From Chlamydiia bacterium (GTDB taxonomy: Bacteria > Chlamydiota > Chlamydiia > Chlamydiales > Rhabdochlamydiaceae), in assembly GCA_963804085.1 (NCBI GenBank), contig CAWDOQ010000002.1:301056-365055 (forward strand): 64,000 nt of DNA, given 5' to 3'. The notes below the pieces were generated by a model that made no database searches, was not told the DNA's origin, and saw only the letters and a program-made list of their open reading frames with translations. This document shows, one piece after another, positions 40,663 through 50,873 of this stretch. Each line of letters opens with the position of its first letter. The stretch's first letter is position 1. The position numbers and the translations under genes are program-made.

Positions 40663-42040
40663 TTACCCTCCTGTAGGAGCCGGCGCGGTGTCAACCTTTG
40701 CAGGCTCTTCTTCCTCCATGTAGCGCGGATTGCTCTTGATCGACCAGAGGGGGATCAGCAGAAGAACACTCGCCGCACCGCACACCCCAAGCGTGACAAA
40801 GAAGCCATACCAGCCCCACTCCTGCGCCATCTTCCCGAGCGGGTAGCCGGCAGTAGCAGCTCCAAGGTATGCAATCCAACCCACAAATCCCGTTGCAGTG
40901 CCAGCCGCCTTTTTATGTGAAAGCTCTGCTGCTGCCATGCCGATGAGCATCTGGGGCCCAAAGATCAAAAAGCCGATCGCAAACATCACGACAAAACCTA
41001 TTAAAGCCGAGCCGGCAGGTGCCAGCCAGAGAGCGGAAAGAGCAAAGATCACCGCCAAACTAAAGATCACATTGATCGGGCCGCGCTTACCGGAAAAGAT
41101 CTTATCCGATGCCCAACCGGCGGCTAAGCTTCCAAAGATCCCCCCGATTTCAAACCAGAAGACACAAGCCCCTGCAGTTAAAAGCGAAAAGCCCTTTGTT
41201 TCCACAAGATACAGCACGCTCCAGTCGTTAATCGCCGTGCGGATGATATAAACAAAAAAGTAGGCGACAGCCAGCTGCCATATGTAGCGATTCTTTAAAA
41301 CAAACTTAAAGAGGATCTCCTTCATAGAGACCTCTTTCTCCTGCTCCTTGTTTGCAGTCGGATAGTCATTCTTATATTTTTCAATGGGCGGAAGAGCAAG
41401 CGACTGCGGCGTGTCGCGCAGACAGAACATCACAAAAAAACCGATTAAAATACAAAGAGCGCCCGGAACATAGAGTGCAAAGCGCCATCCCCAAGATCTG
41501 CGCACAAAAAGCTGCGATAAGAGGGATTAAAGCACCACCCACACTATGCGACGTGTTCCAAAAACCCCACCAAGTCCCGCGCTCCTTTTGCGAGTACCAG
41601 TGCGTGAGAAGACGCGCGCAAGGAGGCCACCCCCATCCTTGAAACCAGCCGTTTACCCCCCAAAAGAGAGCAAAAAATCCCAGCGAGGAGGAGAGCCCAA
41701 AACAGATATTAAACACACCTGTGAGCATCAATCCAATCCCCATAAAAAAGCGTGGGTTGGCCCGATCTGAAAGAATCCCGCTCAAAAACTTGCTGCCGCC
41801 GTAAGTGATAGAAAGAATGCTCCCCAAAATCCCCAAGTCAGACTTTGAGAACCCCAAGTCCAACATAAGAGCCGGCATCGCAAACGTAAAACTTTTACGC
41901 GTAAAATAGTAGAAGATATAGCCCACATACATCCCGACAAAAACACGCAGACGCCAATACTTGTAGCGCTGTTTGACTTGCGCTGCATCGGTCATCTCAG
42001 GTTTGTAGGGAGCTGGCTTAAACCAGTCAAATAGCTTCAC
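40663..42040 (-). CDS. uhpC: Hexose-phosphate MFS transporter UhpC, one frameshift near 41495
   Basis: YYFTRKSF, GWFQGWGWPPC, HWYSQKERG and GPQMLIGMAAAE motifs; adjacent to dnaE as in Chlamydia. Confidence 0.92.
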
Positions 42041-42161
42041 AATTATTTATTACCTTACTTAAGAAAAAAAGAGCAAAGTTAAAACGAAATTGGCCCAATG
42101 TCAACCTCTTTTTCCTTCAAGTTTTTTGGGCCATATGGTTAATTGTTTTTTTAGAGCGCCT

Positions 42162-42776
42162 ATGCCTGAAAGAATAGAACCAGACAAAAATAAAGAGTGG
42201 ATGACCCCACCCTCCCAATCGATCCAAAAGGATAAAAAAGGGAAGGAAAAGTCGCGTAAACTCACTCCGGAAGCATCTAAATTCATACTCTTTGCCACAT
42301 TAGCCATCTATTGCAAAAAATTCTTAGCAGTTTTTACAGACAGAAGACGTACCGCGCTCGTCGACCTCCAACAAATCCTACAAGACCTCTACGCCTTCAA
42401 AAAAACGCTTCACAATCTTGGACAAGAAGACCAGAGCCATAATCCAAAATTCACTTTACAGTTATCAGAATTATGGCACCACCTACTTGAAGACCAGTCC
42501 CTCATACAAGCCTTAGAAGAAGAGCAGCCCCAAATCACACCCAAGATCAACGCCCTCATCGAAGCGATGAACAACTACCCGCCCAATGAAGAGCACAACT
42601 TAGGCTTCTACCTCACCCAATACGTCGGCGCCAAATGGCTCCCCTTTCCCTTCATGGATCTGCTTCAAAAACTCCACCTCGAATACCAAGAGAGCCCCGC
42701 CACCTCGATTCTCAGCAACTGGCTCGCCCTTCTAGACAGCGCGATCAGCGCCATCTCGTCTAAACCTTCACAATAG
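42162..42776 (+). CDS. Hypothetical helical protein
   Basis: ORF of ~200 aa with coding-like composition; start uncertain. Confidence 0.6.
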   Translation: MPERIEPDKNKEWMTPPSQSIQKDKKGKEKSRKLTPEASKFILFATLAIYCKKFLAVFTDRRRTALVDLQQILQDLYAFKKTLHNLGQEDQSHNPKFTLQLSELWHHLLEDQSLIQALEEEQPQITPKINALIEAMNNYPPNEEHNLGFYLTQYVGAKWLPFPFMDLLQKLHLEYQESPATSILSNWLALLDSAISAISSKPSQ

Positions 42777-42813
42777 ACAAAAAAACCTTCCACGGCCTAA
42801 CATTCTTTGCCTA

Positions 42814-43179
42814 ATGGCAGCCGTAATCAGCTTTTCTATACCTTCGCAACTACCTACCCACTGTGTTGCCATTTGTTCAGATGATACATTCATTGTAGAT
42901 TTTGCAATAGAACACGAAGCAGAAGGCAGAAAAGAACATATTGTCATAGACGTCTACAATCTTCCCTCTGAAGAGCGCAGCGAATTTGTCTCTCTATTCA
43001 ATCGTGCCCTATTCCATGCCAGCCAAAGAGATGAAGAAGAACGCGCTGCCATCGAAAGACAAATTACAGCCATTCCTGCAGAGATGCAGATCGAAGCCTC
43101 CTGCCCTGTCTGCACTATAGCCTTTATGGTCTGCGTTGTTGCAGCAATGATCTTTTTAATCATTCGCACTGCCACTTAA
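42814..43179 (+). CDS. Small tail-anchored protein, paralog of 50874-51299
   Basis: Shared SFSIxS..P..C..I, DVxxLxxxERxEF and IExSC motifs plus a C-terminal TM helix. Confidence 0.72.
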   Translation: MAAVISFSIPSQLPTHCVAICSDDTFIVDFAIEHEAEGRKEHIVIDVYNLPSEERSEFVSLFNRALFHASQRDEEERAAIERQITAIPAEMQIEASCPVCTIAFMVCVVAAMIFLIIRTAT

Positions 43180-43250
43180 AAACCCTCCCCTTGCCTGAAA
43201 AGCTTCCAATTGTTAACTTTCGGACAAATTAAAGACCTGTTGAGGCAATT

Positions 43251-44390
43251 TTGCAATTTAGATTCTTAAATATCCCAGTTAAAGTCGAACCCACCTTCTG
43301 GCTCTTTTTAATATTTTTTTCGAATATCTATCGCAACCCGTCCTTGGAAAGCGTCATTTTATGCGCCATCATGTTCTTTAGCCTCCTCATACACGAATAT
43401 GGCCACGCCCTCACCGCACTCTTCTTTGGTGCAAGCCCCTGGATCACACTCGAAGCACTTGGCGGTAGAGCCGAATATAACGGCTACGGCATGACACCCA
43501 AGCAGCAATTCCTCATCACCCTCAACGGCCCACTTTTGCAGACCCTATTAATTTTCATCCCCTACGCGCTACTTAAATCAGGCAACTTCGAAAACCACTA
43601 CTACATCCACTACCTCCTGAGTGCGACAATGCAGCTCAACATAGTCTGGTGCCTACTCAACCTCCTCCCCATAATTCCTCTAGACGGAGGACGCCTCCTA
43701 CACTATATCCTTGCAGGCAAGTTTGGAGAAAAAGGCGCTCGCGCCAGCATCCTCATCGGACTCCTCTTCGCCACCATTGCAACCCCCTACCTCTTTTTCC
43801 ACGGCTACACCTTTTTTGCAGTCCTGATAGCCATGATGGGACTACAAAATTTACAGATACTGCAACAAATCAAAAACCCCTCTAGCACCTCCACCCCCTT
43901 CGCAAACTACCAAAACGCCCTCAAAGCAATAGATAACAACGAGCTAGAAAAAGCAAAAACACTCCTCAAAAAACTCCTCAAAACCAAAGACAGCAAAGTC
44001 AAACACCTCTCCACAGAAGCCCTCGCCAAACTCCACTACCAGCAAAATGAAAAAGAACAAGCCTACGACCTGCTAGTAAAAACAGACCCCGAACAGATCC
44101 GAGAAGCCAAACCCCTTCTCTGCAAACTCGCTTACGAAAAACAAAACTACCCTCTCATCGCCCAGCACGCCCGCGACATCTACCAGATCGAACCCACCTA
44201 CGAGATCGCCCTACTCAATTCAAAAACCTTCGCCCACCTCAACCAACCCAACCCCTCCGGTGGCTGGCTACTTACAGCATCACAATTCGGCCCCGACCAG
44301 CGCCAAGACGCCCTGCATCAGCTCACCCAGCACCCCTACCTCGCCCTCAAAGACCACCCTCTCTTCCAAACCCACACCACCCAAATCTGA
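43251..44390 (+). CDS. Site-2 protease (M50) with C-terminal TPR-like region
   Basis: HEYGH and NLLPIIPLDGG motifs; TM helices. Confidence 0.92.
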   Translation: MQFRFLNIPVKVEPTFWLFLIFFSNIYRNPSLESVILCAIMFFSLLIHEYGHALTALFFGASPWITLEALGGRAEYNGYGMTPKQQFLITLNGPLLQTLLIFIPYALLKSGNFENHYYIHYLLSATMQLNIVWCLLNLLPIIPLDGGRLLHYILAGKFGEKGARASILIGLLFATIATPYLFFHGYTFFAVLIAMMGLQNLQILQQIKNPSSTSTPFANYQNALKAIDNNELEKAKTLLKKLLKTKDSKVKHLSTEALAKLHYQQNEKEQAYDLLVKTDPEQIREAKPLLCKLAYEKQNYPLIAQHARDIYQIEPTYEIALLNSKTFAHLNQPNPSGGWLLTASQFGPDQRQDALHQLTQHPYLALKDHPLFQTHTTQI

Positions 44391-44457
44391 CCCATCCCCA
44401 ATTGCATTTTAATTCCCGCTTTTCTAAACTCTCCCCTTCAAAATCGAAAGGATCTCC

Positions 44458-44841
44458 ATGAAAAAACAACCCCTGTGCATTCTCGCCCTCCTGCTGCTAT
44501 CAGCCTGCGGAACCAACTACCATGAAAAAGACATGTTCGGCAACGGCTTCTCCGAGATCAACACAGGCGAAGACTCCTTCATCGTCAACTTCCAAGGCAA
44601 CACCTACTCAGATAATGACAAAATCATGCAGTACGCCCTCAAACGCGCCTCAGAACTCACACTCGCAAAGGGCTACAAATACTTCACCATCATCTCCGAA
44701 AACAACCTCTCCAAAGTAAAAATCGCGAACAGCACCATCTCCACCCGCCCCGGCATCAGCGTCCAAATCAAGTGCTACAAAGAAAAATCAAGCGAACCCA
44801 ACCAGATCGACGCTGCCTACTACCTCGCCCACAACCGCTAG
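44458..44841 (+). CDS. Small lipoprotein (CC0125/CC1285-like)
   Basis: Lipobox LSAC; FQGN...ALKRASELTLAKGYKYF. Confidence 0.78.
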   Translation: MKKQPLCILALLLLSACGTNYHEKDMFGNGFSEINTGEDSFIVNFQGNTYSDNDKIMQYALKRASELTLAKGYKYFTIISENNLSKVKIANSTISTRPGISVQIKCYKEKSSEPNQIDAAYYLAHNR

Positions 44842-45715
44842 CTGCTGAAAGCGATACCAACTAGCTTGGTATTTAAGCTTAGCCAATCGTTAATCACAGC
44901 TATAACTTGAGCAACAAGTTTTGGAAGACTTTCAGCATTCTCTGCACGCAAATTTTTTAAATATTCGTTCCAAAAATTTTGCATTTGCTCCATTTCATCT
45001 TCGGCATACGTAATCGGTAAAGTAAGCGGGGTCTCTCGATGCTCAAATACCAATCGTATAATCCCTTCTAAATTATGAAATGATGGCAAACGTGAAGAGG
45101 ATATCAAGGAATAAAGATCGTGAAAGTCTTTCATGCGGCTATTGAATGATCCTCGATAGATAATTGTCTCTAACTTTTCAGCAAAAATAAATTCTTTTGG
45201 ATAGCAAGATAGCTTGACATTGCTTTCAAAAAGGACACCTTTAGAATATGCCGTAAGCGGAATCGAATATTCAACAGCATCGACAATGTCTCCAAAGCCA
45301 ATATCAACAGCTACTTTAAATCTGGTTTTTCCAAAATAGGCCATCATTGACACTTCAGCTCCTGGATATCCCATATGAGGATGTTTAAGTTCGCTTACCT
45401 TAATCTCTTGAAAGACAAACCCATCCGTGAGGTCAATGTTTACAATTTCCTCAAAAACACTCTTAATCCGGCAATTTCATTACTGAATCTTCGTACGAGA
45501 AAATCTAAATCAGTTGTTTCTCTTCCAATTTCGATATATTTAGAGAGAAGAATACCTCCTTTCAAGACGAAATGCTCTCGATGTTTCGAATTAGCCAAAC
45601 GCACTAAAAAGCGCTCAAGTGTGAGGCTTTGCCAAAGATCAGCGGGATCTCGATTTTTTTCTTTTGCGATGGCTCGCAGTTTTGCTTTGAATGATTTTTC
45701 TAAATCTGATGTCAC
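44838..45715 (-). CDS. abiEii: AbiEii/AbiGii nucleotidyltransferase toxin (type IV TA), one frameshift near 45463
   Basis: ERFLVRL, FVLKGG, RETTDLDF, VDIGFGD, AEKLE and SRMKDFHD motifs. Confidence 0.9.
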
Positions 45716-46305
45716 GTCGTATACGATAAGATGTATGGGGTTATGTTAACACGCAACGCTTTTGCATATGCGCCTAATTTCTTGGGATCTGGCTTCCATT
45801 CAGTGCTCTGAAAATATCTCTGAATTGCTTTTATCGCAATTTCTTTGCTGAGATAGCGAAATGCATCAACAACGCAACGTTCTCTATCAAAAATATGGAC
45901 GTTATATTCACCAAGCGCAATTTCGATTTTCCCCAGCTTAACATTGCGCATTCTGATGATTCTTGTGTTGGGTCGTTTAGGAGGATAGGATGCGTGCGGT
46001 ACAGCAATCCAGACCTCTCGCATAACTTGATCCGTCAGGTCGTAGTAACACAGTGCAGAAATTAAACAAATGACCCCATTGGGAATACTGGCTGCGACTA
46101 ATGCCAAGTTTTCCCACTGAAACTCAACTTCTGGTTCATATTGAGAGAAACGATAAGCGCCAGGATAAATCCTTTCTAAGGTGCCCCTTTTTACTAAATA
46201 AGCTAGGGCATGCCTAGGGACACCCTGTTTTTCTGCCTGTGCTGAGGTAAAAAGAGGGACATTGATAAACGGCTCTAATTTTCCCAGGTACTTTAATTGT
46301 CTCAT
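45712..46305 (-). CDS. abiEi: AbiEi antitoxin (type IV TA)
   Basis: Winged-helix LERIYPGAY, CLISALCYYDLT and ERCVVDAFRY motifs; overlaps the abiEii start. Confidence 0.9.
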   Translation of the reverse strand: MRQLKYLGKLEPFINVPLFTSAQAEKQGVPRHALAYLVKRGTLERIYPGAYRFSQYEPEVEFQWENLALVAASIPNGVICLISALCYYDLTDQVMREVWIAVPHASYPPKRPNTRIIRMRNVKLGKIEIALGEYNVHIFDRERCVVDAFRYLSKEIAIKAIQRYFQSTEWKPDPKKLGAYAKALRVNITPYILSYTT

Positions 46306-46311
46306 TCCATG

Positions 46312-46360
46312 ATTCTACAAAACCTACCCAATTAAGTCCATTGGGTAGATTTAGAAGAAT
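46312..46360. promoter_or_regulatory. 21-bp inverted repeat, probable AbiEi operator
   Basis: ATTCTACAAAACCTACCCAAT-N7-ATTGGGTAGATTTAGAAGAAT (18 of 21 positions match), directly upstream of abiEi. Confidence 0.7.
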
Positions 46361-46443
46361 TCACGCAAAAAGCCCAACCCAATAAATTTTATCTTTAACT
46401 ATTTGAAATTGAATGGCTTATAGAGTTATCTACCGCTAGATGT

Positions 46444-46797
46444 TTAACGCTTAATCTGAAACTCTTCGACAATCTTGCCGCCAATCAAATGCTGCTGCAA
46501 AATCTTTTCCAAGACCTCTGGCGTACAAGAATGGTACCAGACACCCTCAGGATAGACGACCGCGATAGGACCCATCGCGCAGACGCGCAAGCAGTTGGCC
46601 TTCGTCCGCCAAAGATGCACTCGCCCCTCCAAGTTAACCTCTTCAATGCGCCGCTTCAAGTAATCCCAAGCAGCCAGCCCCGCCTCCTTCTGGCAGCACT
46701 TAGGCATACTCTGATCGCAGCAAAGAAAAATGTGCCGCCCCGGCTGTCCCAGCTTTAATTTCGCCGCCGCCTGAGCTAATCTTTCAAAATCATCCAT
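46444..46797 (-). CDS. Thioredoxin-like [2Fe-2S] ferredoxin
   Basis: HIFLC, CC, CLRVC, GP and VVYPEGVWY motifs. Confidence 0.9.
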   Translation of the reverse strand: MDDFERLAQAAAKLKLGQPGRHIFLCCDQSMPKCCQKEAGLAAWDYLKRRIEEVNLEGRVHLWRTKANCLRVCAMGPIAVVYPEGVWYHSCTPEVLEKILQQHLIGGKIVEEFQIKR

Positions 46798-46913
46798 AAA
46801 TTATGTGCAGATTCTAAAGCTGCCCCATCAAAAAGTAAACCGAAACAACATCGACACTGCTCAAGAACAAATTGACAAAATTTTTCACTTACACTTAAAA
46901 TTTTCCTTTCCAA

Positions 46914-47357
46914 ATGGGGGAGATTGTAATGACTACGGCATTAGGGTTAAATGCACGCATCGAAGATAGCCTAGCGAGCGGGTGGACACTGATTGATGTT
47001 CAAGTCAGAGACGATGATGAACTAGATTTAACAATTATCCAACTTGTCGACAAATTGACTCACACCGTCAATGCACAAGCAAAAATCATTAATCATTTAT
47101 CAAAAGGAGTCGACAAACTGGGATCTCACACCCGGGGAAATATACTTGCCGTTGAAAATGATGTACGAGAAGAGCTCGAAAATGCCCGGGAAGAACAACA
47201 AAATTCCATACAAGATCTTCAAGGCAGAGTGCAACAAATTGAGCATGCAGTAGGGGGAAACACCGGAAATTCTGATTCCCCACTAGGCCTTGTACTGATG
47301 TTACCTATTTGTTACGTAGCCAACAAAGTGTGCAGTGCAATAAGTTATTTCATATGA
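46914..47357 (+). CDS. Coiled-coil protein with hydrophobic C-terminus (putative effector)
   Basis: Heptad-rich helices and C-terminal LGLVLMLPICYV; ATGA overlap with the next gene. Confidence 0.65.
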   Translation: MGEIVMTTALGLNARIEDSLASGWTLIDVQVRDDDELDLTIIQLVDKLTHTVNAQAKIINHLSKGVDKLGSHTRGNILAVENDVREELENAREEQQNSIQDLQGRVQQIEHAVGGNTGNSDSPLGLVLMLPICYVANKVCSAISYFI

Positions 47358-47779
47358 CTGCCATCGCCCTAAATGACAAAAAACAAGATTTATCTCCACC
47401 GGCTGTTCCTACCCCACCAGAACAGATCACATCTACTGAATCACTCATCGAGAAATTAAAAAGTCTAAACCAGCAAGCGCAAGCAAGCTTAGAAGTAGCT
47501 AACAATACCCTAGCAAAGCTAAACGCCGTTGAAATAGACATTTCGGAACAACTCGATGGACTTGGAGATGCAATCAAAAGTGAAATCGAAACGTCCAGAG
47601 AAACTTGGAAACAGGGCGATGAAAAAACAAAACAAGGTGTCGATAGAGTCGCCCTCACACAAACTATTACCAACCGCCACGTGGAAATTCAAAATGCCGA
47701 CAGAGACAAATGCCAGTGCCTTATCATCACAATCCTCGCCCTAATCGTCTTAGCCTTGCTCGCAATCGCCTTCCTTTAG
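47354..47779 (+). CDS. Tail-anchored coiled-coil protein, SNARE-like
   Basis: EQLDGLGDAI coiled coil ending in KCQCLIITILALIVLALLAIAFL-stop. Confidence 0.7.
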   Translation: MTAIALNDKKQDLSPPAVPTPPEQITSTESLIEKLKSLNQQAQASLEVANNTLAKLNAVEIDISEQLDGLGDAIKSEIETSRETWKQGDEKTKQGVDRVALTQTITNRHVEIQNADRDKCQCLIITILALIVLALLAIAFL

Positions 47780-48132
47780 AGCCCCTTGCAAAATTCCAAA
47801 AAATACACTCCTTTGGTTTTTCCACTTGCCCAAATACAGTTCAACTCACACAAGTGAAAGTTCGCCGATTTTTGAAATTTAAGCCCTTTCTTTGTGATCT
47901 TGTTGAATTGCACTCGCAGTAGAACCAAATTGCTGACCTGTCACAATGATCAGATTCTTTCTATTTAACGTTGTTCCCAACCTTGGCTCCGCATTTGTGA
48001 TACCGTGATTTTGTATAGTATTACAGCTCAGGCTTGACCGATCCTTTTGTTTAGATCAGGTCATTTTCCGCGACGATCGCCTGGAAAATTTTCAATATAG
48101 CTAAGCGAGAGTTGTGTGCTTATCCGAGAGGT

Positions 48133-49308
48133 TTAACTTGAATAGCCCAGAAGATTACGCGCTCCCCTTACTAGGGGTTCTATGAAGGTCATAATCATCA
48201 GATTCCAGAATAATGCAAAAGTTCGAAATGCCAAGTGGCCAATGTTTTGAATGGTCCCACAAAATCCACCTTCTCTATTTATAGGCCATATGCTATTTAC
48301 AAAATCGACAGTCAAACAAAAAGTCTCAACGAACCACTTCCGAAATGGCGGTATCGCAGGCATTGCTGATAGGCATGCATCTTCTTTGGCTTGTTGGATC
48401 TTCTTGGTTTTTAAAGATGCGTTCTCCTCGCGATATCTGCCATGCGCTATATCTTCAAAATCTAAAAGTCCTTCTAGAGCAAAAGCACCTACCCACCTTC
48501 CCCAAAAAGCATTAATACATTGATCTTTACCGTTCGGCATTCTAAATGCGTCTCTTTTTTGTTCTTCTCTAAGCTTAGCATAGCAGGCAAAAATATTAGC
48601 TTTGCCTTCTCTAGATTGGCCATCTTCGATCATGATCCGTTTAGCTCTGCATACAAGATCGGATTCGCTCTTACCACTCGCATTGAATGCAAATTTCATA
48701 ATTAGCTCATCGTGCGAACATGTCTCTGCTTTACAAAGATCTACCGTTAAACGTTCGATCATTTTTTTTGAGGTTTCAGAGCACATCGCGCCTGTTACTC
48801 GACTTGTGAACTCCGCAAAAATACAATTTAAATCCGCATGGCGTGCTGAAATTGCAGCATCTCTCGTAATTTGCCGTGAATTTTCTACCAATTGCCTTAA
48901 GCCATTATCCTGTAACATATTCATTCTGTATAAATACCGATCCTCGAATGTCTCCTGCTCTTCATTCCGAGATATAGCCACATCAACAATAGGTTCTTGT
49001 TTTAAGACTTCGATTCTTTCCTTTAGCCTCTCTAAAGAAGTAGACAGCCGGCTGAATGTTTCTACTTGGATCGGCATTCTCGCTCTTACTTTCTCCATAA
49101 AAGACGGCTCAGAAAAATTAAGAACAGCGTCCGCTAGCATCCTATCTACAGGCCATTCCTGCCACATTGCTTCAGATAATGCATCTTTAAAGGCCTTACT
49201 TACGCGTGCAAGAGCAACGACATTGGGAGCATTGCTTATATAGCCGAGAATTTTTCCGCCAAGTACAGGGGGCAAAGAAGACCAGCTGGCTCTTAGTGCT
49301 TGTGTCAT
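48133..49308 (-). CDS. F-box-like protein (putative effector)
   Basis: WSSLPPVLGGKILGYI...VALARVSKAFK at the N-terminus. Confidence 0.7.
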   Translation of the reverse strand: MTQALRASWSSLPPVLGGKILGYISNAPNVVALARVSKAFKDALSEAMWQEWPVDRMLADAVLNFSEPSFMEKVRARMPIQVETFSRLSTSLERLKERIEVLKQEPIVDVAISRNEEQETFEDRYLYRMNMLQDNGLRQLVENSRQITRDAAISARHADLNCIFAEFTSRVTGAMCSETSKKMIERLTVDLCKAETCSHDELIMKFAFNASGKSESDLVCRAKRIMIEDGQSREGKANIFACYAKLREEQKRDAFRMPNGKDQCINAFWGRWVGAFALEGLLDFEDIAHGRYREENASLKTKKIQQAKEDACLSAMPAIPPFRKWFVETFCLTVDFVNSIWPINREGGFCGTIQNIGHLAFRTFALFWNLMIMTFIEPLVRGARNLLGYSS

Positions 49309-50034
49309 AATGGTTAAAATTTTAATCAAATTTACAGATATAAATAGTAGCATATTCCGCATATTTATTAACTTTAATTATATTTTACAATAACAATTAA
49401 AAAGTTAATTTGATGTATTTATAATTTCGTTTTAACAAATGCCTGGTCATAAAAAATTAATTACAATCGTGCGCTTGCTTATGGAAAGGCGACCGATGAA
49501 ATCGAAGGTGTCTATAAGAAAAATCAATCACTTAAAAGGTCACCTTCTCTTGAGTACCAGTTCACAAATTCTGTGCGAATTACGAGAGTCAAACTTGACT
49601 TGCACAAATAGGGAAATGTCCAGGTAACTTCATAAAAGCTACGTGGATATTTAGATGCTGAATCCTAATAGACAAAACAGCCGGAAAGGATTTTGTTCGA
49701 TAAGACAATTTACTCCGTCCCCTATCTCGTGCGCTGCGTAAGAGATCGTTTCTATAGACTTTTTCACCTCTTTTTCACAAACGCCTTCGAAACACAAGTG
49801 TGAAATATCAATACTCACGATCTTTTTCTGCCCCTAACAACGAAAATAAATTTTAATAGATAGCGATACAAATTGTTTTGATTTGCATATATTTTATTTC
49901 TAATTGACTTAGTTTTGTTGTCGTAGTTATTGTCCTGCGCGCTTAACCAAAAGCTTAGCTTTGGCGCAGCGTGAAGCAAGAGAGATAATTCTCTGGTTCA
50001 CTGAAGTGGAGACAAAAACATAACATCAAGGAGA

Positions 50035-50859
50035 ATGAAAATGACATCGGGTGTAAAAAGCAACAATGGCATGACTATGGAAAATGATGGCGTTCAAGCT
50101 TGGGAGTGTGTTTTAACTTATGATGTGATCAAAGAACCTGTGGTAGATGAGTGTGGTTGTATTTATGAACGAAATATGATTAATGAAGTATTCAAAAGAG
50201 CAACTGAGGCAAGAGCTGCGGCAGAGAAGCGTAGAGCAGAGCAATTCCTGTTGCCAGGAGATGAACGATTACTTCAGTATGCACCTGGAGAAATACCTTG
50301 CCCTAGAACCACGAAACCTATTCATGCAAACCGACTTATTAAAAGTGAACAAGTTCGCGAACTCTGCAAGCACATTACTACGCCCCAACCAGCGCAACGC
50401 CAACCAAGCATGCCAGCAGGTGCTTCTTCCTCTACAGATAAGATAGAAGCAATGTTTGATTGTTTATTGCAAAAAATGTCTTCTCTCGAAAATAGAATGG
50501 GGACCCTCGAATCAGTGATTGCTGTTCAACACAAACAATTAAACAATGCATTCAACATTTCAGGCTGTGAAATGGTAAGATTGCTATTGCCAACATCGGT
50601 TTGCGGCATACCTCTTGGCGGAATAAACATGAAAGATGTAACGGATAAAAATCTTTCTGAACGCGATTTCACTATTTTATATCATCACGAGCTAAATAGC
50701 TCATCTTTACCGAGAAAAGAAAGCGATATTGCGTTATCAAAAGAAGGAAATACTTCCAAGCCAAAGATTGCCGAAAAAGTACAAACTAATCATTCTATGC
50801 AGGAAGGTTATGGTATAGGCAGCCTTGACACGAAAGAAAATGACAAAAAATCCGCTTAA
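50035..50859 (+). CDS. U-box-like E3 ubiquitin ligase protein
   Basis: CVLTYDVIKEPVVDECGCIYERNMI...CPRTTKPI...LI...VRELC; AGGAG RBS. Confidence 0.75.
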   Translation: MKMTSGVKSNNGMTMENDGVQAWECVLTYDVIKEPVVDECGCIYERNMINEVFKRATEARAAAEKRRAEQFLLPGDERLLQYAPGEIPCPRTTKPIHANRLIKSEQVRELCKHITTPQPAQRQPSMPAGASSSTDKIEAMFDCLLQKMSSLENRMGTLESVIAVQHKQLNNAFNISGCEMVRLLLPTSVCGIPLGGINMKDVTDKNLSERDFTILYHHELNSSSLPRKESDIALSKEGNTSKPKIAEKVQTNHSMQEGYGIGSLDTKENDKKSA

Positions 50860-50873
50860 GTAAAAGGAATTAT

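Noticed and set aside
49363-50034. Riboswitch or ncRNA in the long F-box/U-box intergenic region
   Set aside because: Only short hairpins near 49945-49995 and no family consensus I can recognise.
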